A stretch of DNA of 64,000 bases from a bacterium (GTDB lineage: Bacteria > Actinomycetota > Acidimicrobiia > Spongiisociales > Spongiisociaceae), in the NCBI GenBank assembly GCA_028821265.1, contig JAPPGU010000073.1, positions 3,149 to 67,148 on the forward strand, given 5' to 3'. Of this stretch, positions 27,650 to 36,023 are shown in pieces (position 1 is the first letter of the stretch; each line of letters opens with the position of its first letter). Under the pieces are notes generated by a model. That model searched no databases. It saw nothing but the letters and a program-made list of their open reading frames with translations, and had not been told where the DNA came from. The position numbers and the translations under genes are program-made.

Positions 27650-27883
27650 GCGGAGACGGGTTGGCTCGCGATCCCTCGAACTGGGGTTTCGCGTCGACTA
27701 TCGGGCCAACTGGACATTTTGATACCCTCCTAGGACCGCCCGGGATCCAGGCATTCGGCTTCGCCGCCCGCGCGACCTGGATCTCTGACGAGTGGCCGAT
27801 GGCCAGTTGCGACCTGTAGGTCATAAGGCTCGCTGTGGCCATTAAGCCTGTTGAGGTTGTCAGGGTCATCCCCGAGTACAACA

Positions 27884-27918
27884 CCACTGACCACTGACCA
27901 CTGACCACTGACCACTGA
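27884..27918. repeat. Perfect tandem heptamer repeat (CCACTGA)x5
   Basis: Five exact head-to-tail copies read from the sequence, 66 nt upstream of the TTG start of the dehydrogenase gene at 27985. Confidence 0.95.
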
Positions 27919-27984
27919 CAGTTTGAGCCGTGCTGTCATGGGGTGTTACGGTGCCGCCGGTATCGCGAGTGAGGGGTTTCGGTC

Positions 27985-29061
27985 TTGTATCGGGTAGCTG
28001 TGATTCCGGCGGATGGTGTGGGCCCGGAGGTGTCCGAGGAGGCGGAGCGTTCTCTTCGGGCAGCGGCGCGGTCCTATGACTTCGATGTCCAGACGGAGTG
28101 GTTCGACTGGGGCTGTGACCGTTACCTGGCCGACGGGAAGATGATGCCGGATGACTACCTGGACACCCTGTCGGGATTCGACGCCATCTTCCTGGGGTCG
28201 GTGGGCGACGTGTCGAAAGTACCCGATCACCTGTCCCTGGAGTTGATCCTGGGCATACGGCGGGGGTTCGACCAGTACGTCAACCTGCGCCCGATCCGCC
28301 TGTATCCGGGGGTGAGCACTCCGATCCGCACCGCCACGCCCGAGACTCTGGACATGGTGGTGGTGCGGGAGAACACCGAGGGTGAGTACGCCGCACAGGG
28401 CGGGGTGTTCAAGGCCGGCACGTCGGACGCGGTGGCGTTACAGACGGCGGTCTTTACCCACAAGGGATGCGAGCGGGTCATGCGCTACTCGTTCGATCTG
28501 GCTCGCCGACGGTCCAAGCTGGGCCCCGAGGCGCCGGTGGGGCGGGTTACCAACTGCACCAAGTCCAATGCCCTCAACTACTCGATGGTCTTCTGGGACA
28601 CGGTGTTCGACGAGGTGGCGGCCGGTTATCCGGACGTCGAGACGGACATGGCGCTGGTGGATGCCCTCTCGATGTGGATGGTGAAGAACCCGGAGTGGTT
28701 CGACGTGGTGGTGGCCTCCAACCTCTTCGGCGACATCATCACGGACCTCGGGGCCATGCTCCAGGGGGGTATGGGCTTCGCGGCCGGCGGCAATATCGAT
28801 CCCGAACGCAGGTTCCCGTCGATGTTCGAGCCGATCCATGGCTCGGCGCCCAAGTACACCGGCCAGCGGCGGGTGAACCCCATCGCGTCGATCGAAGCGG
28901 TTCGTATGATGCTGGACCACCTGGGCGAGCACGACGCGGCCGATGCAGTGGGCGCCGCGATCACAGAGATGCTGGAGGAGGGGGAGGTCGGTACCCGGGA
29001 CATGGGCGGCACCAACAGCACCGACGAGGTCGGAGCAGCCATCGCGGAGCGTATCCGCTGA
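27985..29061 (+). CDS. Tartrate dehydrogenase/decarboxylase - D-malate dehydrogenase-like (isocitrate/isopropylmalate dehydrogenase family)
   Basis: 358 aa. YRVAVIPADGVGPEV, FDWGCDRY, DAIFLGSVG..VPDH and QYVNLRPIRLYPGV closely follow the TtuC-type pattern. NLFGDIITDL is the family signature. Confidence 0.8.
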   Translation: MYRVAVIPADGVGPEVSEEAERSLRAAARSYDFDVQTEWFDWGCDRYLADGKMMPDDYLDTLSGFDAIFLGSVGDVSKVPDHLSLELILGIRRGFDQYVNLRPIRLYPGVSTPIRTATPETLDMVVVRENTEGEYAAQGGVFKAGTSDAVALQTAVFTHKGCERVMRYSFDLARRRSKLGPEAPVGRVTNCTKSNALNYSMVFWDTVFDEVAAGYPDVETDMALVDALSMWMVKNPEWFDVVVASNLFGDIITDLGAMLQGGMGFAAGGNIDPERRFPSMFEPIHGSAPKYTGQRRVNPIASIEAVRMMLDHLGEHDAADAVGAAITEMLEEGEVGTRDMGGTNSTDEVGAAIAERIR

Positions 29062-29107
29062 GAACCTCATCCGACCGCGCAGCGCGGACAGGAGCCATGG
29101 AGCAGGC

Positions 29108-30379
29108 ATGACGAGGTTGGTGCCGCGCCGGACAAACCGCTCCGAACTCGCCGCCGTGCGCCGCCGGCTGGCCTTCGTACTGTTCTCGGGGGCGGCCGTG
29201 GCCTGGCTCGCCTTCGTGGCCACTCTCGCCGTGGCGACCGTGGCCGCCCGTTCCCTGAGTGGATCCACCATGATGGCGGGTCTGCCGCTGGCGGCCGGCG
29301 CCCTTGGCCAGGCGCTGGGAACCAACGGGTTGGGACGGCTGAGCACCCGCTACGGGCGCCGGTTCATCATGGTCGCCGGCCCGCCCGTCTCCGCCTTCGG
29401 GGCGGCGTTGGAGCTGGTGGGGGTGGTGGCCGGTTGGTACTGGGTGCTGGTGGGAGGCGCGGTCCTGATGGGAGCGGGCGTCGGCGCCATCCATCTCGCC
29501 CGGTACGTTGCCGCCGAGCTGGCCCAGGAATCCGAGCGAGGCAAGGCGATGGGCCTCCTGGTGTGGTCGGCGACCATAGGGTCGGTGATCGGCGCCAACC
29601 TGGTGGACTGGGCCGGGCGCTTGGTGGAGGATTGGTTGGGCACCCCGTACGGCGGGGCCTTCCTGCTGGCCACAATCGCCTTTCTACTGTCCGGGGTGAT
29701 CTTCTGGGTCGGATTGCGCCCCGATCCTTCCCGGGTGGCGGTGACTCCTGCGATCCGTCCCGAGCATGGCGGATCGGTGGGTGCGGCCCTGCGCCTTCCG
29801 TCCGTCCAGATCTCCATCCTGGCCCTGCTGTCGGCCCAGGGCGCCATGGTCCTCGTGATGACCGCGACCCCGCTCCGCATCGAGGACGCCGGCTACGGCA
29901 TCGACGCGGTCGGCGTGGTGCTCTCGGTCCACGCGGTCGGGATGTTCGCCTTCGCCCCTCTCGTGGGCAAGCTGGTCGACCGCCTGGGACGCCTTCCCAT
30001 GCTGGGGATGGGCATGAGCCTCACCGCCGTCTCCCTTCTCTTGGCCGGTACCGCACCCTACGACAGCCTCTTCACTTTGGCCTTGGGCTTGTTCGTGCTC
30101 GGATTGGGTTGGAGCTTCTCCTTCCTCGCCAGCAGTTCCATGCTGTTCGCCTCGGCTCCTCCCGATGTCCGCCAGGTGGTGGAGGGATGGGCCGACTCGG
30201 CGGCGTGGACGATGGTCATGGTGGGAAGCGTCGTATCGGGGGTGCTGATGGGCACCGTCGGATACAGCTGGCTGAGCCTGGTAGCCGCCCTGCCGATGTC
30301 GTTCATTCTCGTCCTGGCCCTCGCCGTTCCCCGCCTGCGCACCGCTATCACAGCCTCGAGAACCCGACCACTAGTCTGA
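29108..30379 (+). CDS. MFS transporter
   Basis: About 423 aa from ATG 29108, with 11-12 hydrophobic helices and the G-R-L-S-x-R-Y-G-R-R loop motif between TM2 and TM3. The upstream extension of the track ORF overlaps the dehydrogenase gene. Confidence 0.8.
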   Translation: MTRLVPRRTNRSELAAVRRRLAFVLFSGAAVAWLAFVATLAVATVAARSLSGSTMMAGLPLAAGALGQALGTNGLGRLSTRYGRRFIMVAGPPVSAFGAALELVGVVAGWYWVLVGGAVLMGAGVGAIHLARYVAAELAQESERGKAMGLLVWSATIGSVIGANLVDWAGRLVEDWLGTPYGGAFLLATIAFLLSGVIFWVGLRPDPSRVAVTPAIRPEHGGSVGAALRLPSVQISILALLSAQGAMVLVMTATPLRIEDAGYGIDAVGVVLSVHAVGMFAFAPLVGKLVDRLGRLPMLGMGMSLTAVSLLLAGTAPYDSLFTLALGLFVLGLGWSFSFLASSSMLFASAPPDVRQVVEGWADSAAWTMVMVGSVVSGVLMGTVGYSWLSLVAALPMSFILVLALAVPRLRTAITASRTRPLV

Positions 30380-30421
30380 TCGGGCTGTCGCAATGGCATA
30401 GCGAGCCGGAGGAAGCCCGAC

Positions 30422-31342
30422 GTGATAATCGATACGCATCTCCATCCCACCAACGTGGTCGACCAGGCGTGGCGCCACACCGGGGAACCGTTCAACGGGG
30501 AGCGCATGCTCGAGATGATGGACGGCCCCTACTGGATCAACGGCAAACCTCGCCGCATCGACATGGGCTTCATCCAGCCGCCCCCGGGCAACACGGTGTG
30601 GAACGAGGGCAGCCGGGGAGGCCGCGAGGGCATCCGGGACTATATGGCCTACATCGCGGAGCTCACTCAGAAGTACCCGGACCGCTTCATCGGGAACTTC
30701 AACTACAACCCCCGGTTCGGGCCTGAGAACGGTGCGGCGGAACTCGAGTTCCACGTAAAGGAATACGGCTTCAAGATGATGAAGCTGCACGCCAACATGC
30801 ACGCCTACCGACCCGACCGGGCCCTCGACTGGCTCCGCCCGGCCCTGCGCAAGTGCGACGAGCTCGGTGTGGTGGTCCTACTCCACACCGGTGACGGTCC
30901 CTACTCCATCCCGACCCAGTTCTATCCCATCATCCGCGAGTTCCCCGACGTGAAGTTCATCATCGGGCACTTCGGGGTTCAGACAGGAGGCGTCTACTGC
31001 TTCGAGGCCTTCTGGATGATCATGGACTCGCCCAACGTCTACGGCGAGTCGGGATGGCTGCTGCAATCGCGGATCGTCGAGTTCGCCAAGGAGATGCCGC
31101 GCGATCGTCTGGTGTTCGGTACGGACTCACCACCCAACGACCCGGGTATGTGGCTCACCCACCTGGAGGTGCTGTGCCACGAACCGCCCCAGGGTCTCGG
31201 AGTCGACGAGGATCAGCTCGAGGACTACATGGGCAACAACATCGCCCGGTTGGTGGGGATCCAGCCCACCGCGCCGCCCGAGTCGGTCGAGGCGGCCAAG
31301 GCACAGCTGGCAGCCGGTGGCTACGGTCGACCGACCGACTAG
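30422..31342 (+). CDS. Amidohydrolase_2 (TIM-barrel metal-dependent hydrolase/decarboxylase, ACMSD-like) family protein
   Basis: 306 aa. The N-terminal IIDTHLHP metal motif, then HTGD and FGTDSP motifs. Confidence 0.75.
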   Translation: MIIDTHLHPTNVVDQAWRHTGEPFNGERMLEMMDGPYWINGKPRRIDMGFIQPPPGNTVWNEGSRGGREGIRDYMAYIAELTQKYPDRFIGNFNYNPRFGPENGAAELEFHVKEYGFKMMKLHANMHAYRPDRALDWLRPALRKCDELGVVVLLHTGDGPYSIPTQFYPIIREFPDVKFIIGHFGVQTGGVYCFEAFWMIMDSPNVYGESGWLLQSRIVEFAKEMPRDRLVFGTDSPPNDPGMWLTHLEVLCHEPPQGLGVDEDQLEDYMGNNIARLVGIQPTAPPESVEAAKAQLAAGGYGRPTD

Positions 31343-31380
31343 ATGATCGGTTGCTTGATGGGGGAGGGCGGGATTCTCCG

Positions 31381-32766
31381 ATGAGCGTGCCCGATCTGGC
31401 CTCGAGCCAGGACCTCCATGACTTCGTCTCGATATACGAGCGGTCGTTCCCAGAGGATGTTCTGAGTTTCACCGAGCCGGTTCCCGACTCTCAGGACGTG
31501 ACCAGCGTGGTGTGGGAGTTGGCCGCGGCAGGCCGGCACCAGATGCTCCGATTCGGGAGCATCGCCGGTATTCCGTACGAGGTCGTCACCAATCTGTTCG
31601 CCTGCCGCCGCCGGATAGCTCGGATGCTGGGGACGGATCTGCGGAAGCTGCACGACGCCTACCAGGCCAAGACCAAGCATCTCATGGAACCCGTCGATGT
31701 GGGTGACGGCCCGGTGCTGGAACGGGTGACCGACGGCGACGCGATCGACCTGCGTAGCTTTCCCCTCCTCACCCACTTCGCCACCGACAGGGCGCCCTAC
31801 ATCACCAGCGGGATCATCGTGGCGGAGGGCGCCGACGGGATCGGCAACCTCAGCTACCACCGGGCCATGGTCCACTCACCGACCGAGTTCGCCACCAGCC
31901 TCCACTCCCGGGGGGACCTCTGGCGCATGCTGAAAGCCGCTGCGGAAGGCGGCGAGCCGCTGCGGGTGGCGATGGTGCTCGGAGGGCACCCCTTGTTCAT
32001 GCTGGCCGCTTCCGCCCGGGTGCCCATGACCGTCGACGAGCGCCACGTGGCGGGCGGTCTGTTCGGAGCGCCGCTCGAGGTGGTGCGGTCACCCCGCTAC
32101 GGGATTCGGGTTCCCGCCACCGCCGACTTCCTCTTCGAGGGGGTGATAGATCCGGACGCCCGCGTAGAGGAAGGTCCCTTCGGGGAGTTCACCGGGTACT
32201 CGTCCGACCGGTCGACCAACAGCCTCTTTCGCGTGGAGACCATGTGCTCCCGTCGAGACCCTCTCCTCTTGGACGTGGTGGGCGGCAACTCGAACGAGCA
32301 CCTGAACCTGTCCCGGGTCCCGAGGGAGTCCGAGATGGCGGAGAAGCTCAAGGGAAGGTTCCCCGATGTGACCGCCGTCCACTACCCGAACTCGGGCAGC
32401 CACTTCCACTGCTACGTCAAGCTCCGGCAGCGGCGGGTCGGCCAGGCCCGCCAGGTCATGCTGGGTCTGCTGGGTTGGGACCCCTACCTGAAGACGGTCA
32501 TCGCGGTGGATGACGACATCGACGTCACCGACGACTCCGAGGTTCTATGGGCGCTGGCCACCCACTTCCAACCCGCGGGCGACCTCTTCGTGGTCGATGG
32601 CCTGCCGGGTAGCCCGCTCGATCCGTCGTCGTCCGTCGAGGGCACCACGTCGCGCCTCGCGCTGGATGCAACCCGCGGCCCTGACTTCAGCGGGGTCAGG
32701 ATCGGGTTCTCCGAGGAATCGCTGGAACGAGCGGGCCGTCTCATATCCGAGCGCCTATCCTCCTAG
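31381..32766 (+). CDS. UbiD family (prFMN-dependent) decarboxylase
   Basis: 461 aa from ATG 31381, with GGGGGAGGG upstream. APYITSGIIV, NLSYHR and EEGPFGEFTGYSS motifs. Confidence 0.8.
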   Translation: MSVPDLASSQDLHDFVSIYERSFPEDVLSFTEPVPDSQDVTSVVWELAAAGRHQMLRFGSIAGIPYEVVTNLFACRRRIARMLGTDLRKLHDAYQAKTKHLMEPVDVGDGPVLERVTDGDAIDLRSFPLLTHFATDRAPYITSGIIVAEGADGIGNLSYHRAMVHSPTEFATSLHSRGDLWRMLKAAAEGGEPLRVAMVLGGHPLFMLAASARVPMTVDERHVAGGLFGAPLEVVRSPRYGIRVPATADFLFEGVIDPDARVEEGPFGEFTGYSSDRSTNSLFRVETMCSRRDPLLLDVVGGNSNEHLNLSRVPRESEMAEKLKGRFPDVTAVHYPNSGSHFHCYVKLRQRRVGQARQVMLGLLGWDPYLKTVIAVDDDIDVTDDSEVLWALATHFQPAGDLFVVDGLPGSPLDPSSSVEGTTSRLALDATRGPDFSGVRIGFSEESLERAGRLISERLSS

Positions 32767-32803
32767 AAGTTCTGTGCAAGCTACACAGGAGGTAGTGAAC
32801 GAT

Positions 32804-33811
32804 ATGTCCATCTTGAGGAGTTTCATGGGCCGGCGCGGCTGGCTGGTCGGGTTGCTGGCGTTCGCCCTGGCCATGGCCGCCTGCGCTGAAGAGGAGGACG
32901 CCGGCCGTTCAGCCGACGATCCGATCCGGATCGCGATGGTCGGACCCAGCGCGTCGAACGACCTGGCCTTCACCCAGAGCATGGTCGACTCCCTCGACCG
33001 TCTCGGCCAGGACTACAACATCGAGGTCGACATCACTGACGGAACGTTCGTCATCGAGGATGCCGCCGTCGCCATCCGCGGGTACGCGGAGGACGGGTTC
33101 GACATCGTCCTGGCCCATGGCTCGCAGTTCGGAGGGTCGCTCTCGGAGATCGCCCCGGACTTCCCCGACACCGTCTTCGCCTGGGGCACGAGCCGTGACA
33201 CGTTCGGCCTCACCAACGTGTACTCCTACAGTGTCCAGTCCGATGAGGGTGGTTTCATCAACGGGACCATCGCGGCGCACATGACCGAGTCGAACATCAT
33301 CGGTGTGGTGGGCCCGATCGAGGTCGGTGACATCAAGCTCTACATCGACGGCTTCGTGGCTGGCGTCAAGTCGGTGGACCCGTCGATCACGGTCAACGTC
33401 AACTACATCGACTCCTTCAGCGACGTCGCCCTGGCGGCCGAGGCGGCCCAAGCCCATGTGGAGGCCGGCGCCGACGTGATGACCGGTGTCTCCCAGATGG
33501 TGGTCGGGGCGACCGGAGTCGCCAGGGAGCACGGGGTTCTGTGGTTCGGATCGCAGACCGACCAGGTGCCGCTGGGAGAGGACATAGTGGTCGCGTCCCA
33601 GATCTACCGCTGGGACTTCCAGCTCAGCCAGATCGTCGAAGACCTCCTCAATGACGAGGTCAGCGGGCGGGTCATAACGGCCGACTTCTCCAACGGTGGG
33701 CTGACCATGGCCTACAACCCGGGACTGCCCCTCGCCGACGACGTCCAGGCTGCGGCGGATGCGGTCGAGGCCGGCCTCAAGGACGGTTCAGTCTCGACCG
33801 GGGTCGAGTAG
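32804..33811 (+). CDS. BMP family (PnrA/Med-like) ABC transporter substrate-binding lipoprotein
   Basis: ATG 32804 follows AGGAGG. Lipobox LAMAAC. IRIAMVGPSASNDLAFTQS and the overall layout match the basic-membrane-protein family. Confidence 0.75.
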   Translation: MSILRSFMGRRGWLVGLLAFALAMAACAEEEDAGRSADDPIRIAMVGPSASNDLAFTQSMVDSLDRLGQDYNIEVDITDGTFVIEDAAVAIRGYAEDGFDIVLAHGSQFGGSLSEIAPDFPDTVFAWGTSRDTFGLTNVYSYSVQSDEGGFINGTIAAHMTESNIIGVVGPIEVGDIKLYIDGFVAGVKSVDPSITVNVNYIDSFSDVALAAEAAQAHVEAGADVMTGVSQMVVGATGVAREHGVLWFGSQTDQVPLGEDIVVASQIYRWDFQLSQIVEDLLNDEVSGRVITADFSNGGLTMAYNPGLPLADDVQAAADAVEAGLKDGSVSTGVE

Positions 33812-33866
33812 TCACCGGATGGCTACAGACCTGATCAGCCAGGGTCGGTGAATACTGCCGCGAGCA

Positions 33867-33896
33867 GTGCCCCGGTCGGCCTTCCTTCCGGGGCAC
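33867..33896 (+). promoter_or_regulatory. Intercistronic hairpin GTGCCCCGG-(12 nt)-CCGGGGCAC after the SBP gene
   Basis: A 9-bp perfect stem read from the sequence, between the SBP stop (33811) and the permease gene. Confidence 0.5.
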
Positions 33897-34024
33897 CCAT
33901 CCGGCGCGCTGCCTGCGGTTAGGAGGTTCTGCTGACGCTGAACTGGAGACATGTTCTCGCCCGGCTCGCCGGACCCGGCCTGCTCATCGGCGCCGTCCTG
34001 GCGGCGGGTCTCATCGGAGCGGTC

Positions 34025-35092
34025 ATGTTGGCGGTTCTGGGAGCCAACCCCATGACCGGCTATGCGGCGCTGCTGGATGGTGCCTTCGGAGGGGCGAAGA
34101 ACCTGGCCAACAGCGCCCTCAAGGCCATGCCCCTCCTGCTGGTCGGGGTGGGCATCACCATCGCGTTCCGGGCGGGTGTGATCAACATCGGGGGAGAGGG
34201 CCAGATCATCGCGGGAGCGATCCTCTCGACGCTGTTCGTGCTGGGCTTCCCGGATGTGCCCAGCTTCATTCTCCTGCCACTCACGTTCCTCGTCGGCGCC
34301 ATGGGAGGCGCGATCTGGGGCGGCATGGCCGGCGTCCTGAAGTCCTACGCCCGCGTCAACGAGATCCTGAGCACGATCATGCTCAACATCATCGCCGTCC
34401 AGATTCTCAACCTCCTGTTGCGGGGTCCCCTCATGGACCCGGGCGAGATCGTAAAGGGTTCCCGGATCCCCCACACCGAACGCCTGAGCGGCAACGCCGA
34501 CCTCCCTATCCTGCCCGGTGGGACCCGGCTTCATCTGGGCGTCCTGGTAGCGGTGCTGATGGCCGTAGCCTGCTATTTCCTGCTGTTCCGTACCACCCAG
34601 GGCCTCCGACTCCGGGCGGTCGGCCACAACCCGTTCGCCTCCCGGTACGCGGGTATGTCGGTGAAACGCAACGTGGTACTGGCGTTCATGTACAGCGGGG
34701 CGATGTGCGGTATGGCGGGGGTGACGCTGGTCTTCGGAAGCGAAGGGCACCGGCTGGCGACCGATGGCGGCGCCACCACCTTCACAGGCGCGGCCGGATT
34801 CAACGGCATCGTGGCCGCTCTGTTCGGGGGCTTGCATCCCCTCTGGACGATCCCGGCATCCTTCCTGTTCGGAGCCCTACTCGTGGGCGCCAACGCCATG
34901 CAGAGAGCGGTCCAGGTTCCGGCCGCCCTGATACTCGCCCTGAACGGTCTGGTCGTCGTCTTCGTCGTGGGGAGCATGTACGCTCGGACCCGACTGGCCA
35001 GGACTGCTTCCGAGTCGAGGGAGCAGGGTGAGGGAAGCGACAGCCGATCTCCGGAACGGAGCGGGGACCCTGAACCTAGGAATCCTCCGTGA
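34025..35092 (+). CDS. ABC transporter permease (BMP/ribose-type)
   Basis: Polytopic membrane protein. The frame is open upstream to the TAG at 33920, and the upstream residues (LLIGAVLAAGLIGAV) look like part of TM1. The true start may therefore be a non-canonical CTG at 33932, 5 nt after AGGAGG. Confidence 0.75.
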   Translation: MLAVLGANPMTGYAALLDGAFGGAKNLANSALKAMPLLLVGVGITIAFRAGVINIGGEGQIIAGAILSTLFVLGFPDVPSFILLPLTFLVGAMGGAIWGGMAGVLKSYARVNEILSTIMLNIIAVQILNLLLRGPLMDPGEIVKGSRIPHTERLSGNADLPILPGGTRLHLGVLVAVLMAVACYFLLFRTTQGLRLRAVGHNPFASRYAGMSVKRNVVLAFMYSGAMCGMAGVTLVFGSEGHRLATDGGATTFTGAAGFNGIVAALFGGLHPLWTIPASFLFGALLVGANAMQRAVQVPAALILALNGLVVVFVVGSMYARTRLARTASESREQGEGSDSRSPERSGDPEPRNPP

Positions 35093-36021
35093 GCGATTTC
35101 CTCACCGTTTCGGTCTTGCTGGCCACGCTCGCCTCGGGGATACGGCTGGCCACCCCCTTCCTGCTGGCGGCGCTGGGCGAGACCATCGGACAGCGCAGCG
35201 GTGTGCTGAACCTCGGTGTCGAGGGGGTCATGCTCCTGGGGGCCTACGGGGCCTACTACGCGACGCTTCGCACCGACAGCATCCTGCTCGGGATCCTGGT
35301 GAGCCTGATCGTGGGCGGGGTGATGGGAATCGTGTACGGGGTGGTCACCCTGGCTCTCAAGGCCGAGCAGGGCATCAGCGGTATCGGCATCTTCATCTTC
35401 GGCCTGGGTCTCAGCGATCTCCTGTTCCAGAAGCAGGTCGGGACGCCCACACCCATCGACGGGCTGGGAGACGTGGCTGTACCCCTTCTGGGAGACCTAC
35501 CGTGGGTGGGGGAGGTCATCTTCCACCAGAACGTTCTCGTGTACGTGGCCTTTCTCCTGGTGCCGGTCCTGTGGTTCGTCATCAACCGGACTCCCTTCGG
35601 GCTGAACGTGCGGGCGGTGGGGGAGACCCCCGAGGCTGCTGACAGCCTGGGCGTCAGCGTGGACCGGACGCGGTACATCACGATCTTCGTAGGCAATGCC
35701 ATGGCGGGCCTGGCCGGCGGGGCTCTGGCCCTGGAGTTGGGGATCTTCCAGCAGAACCTCACCAACGGGCACGGGTTTATCGCTATCGCACTGGTCTACT
35801 TCGGTGCTTGGCGGCCCAGCGGGGTGATGGCGGGCGCGATGGTGTTCGGCCTGGTGTCAGCCACCGTCCTGCAATGGAAGACCCTCGGCATCGTGGTGGG
35901 CACCACCGCCAGCATCGTGGGCATGTTCCCGGCCGTGCTGACCATCCTGGTGCTGGTGCTCGTCTCCCGCCGCACCGGCCAGCCGTCCGCGCTCACCCGA
36001 CCATTCGAGCGGGGGCACTAG
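35089..36021 (+). CDS. ABC transporter permease (BMP/ribose-type)
   Basis: 310 aa, polytopic. Overlaps the upstream stop by 4 nt. Confidence 0.8.
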   Translation: MSDFLTVSVLLATLASGIRLATPFLLAALGETIGQRSGVLNLGVEGVMLLGAYGAYYATLRTDSILLGILVSLIVGGVMGIVYGVVTLALKAEQGISGIGIFIFGLGLSDLLFQKQVGTPTPIDGLGDVAVPLLGDLPWVGEVIFHQNVLVYVAFLLVPVLWFVINRTPFGLNVRAVGETPEAADSLGVSVDRTRYITIFVGNAMAGLAGGALALELGIFQQNLTNGHGFIAIALVYFGAWRPSGVMAGAMVFGLVSATVLQWKTLGIVVGTTASIVGMFPAVLTILVLVLVSRRTGQPSALTRPFERGH

Positions 36022-36023
36022 CC

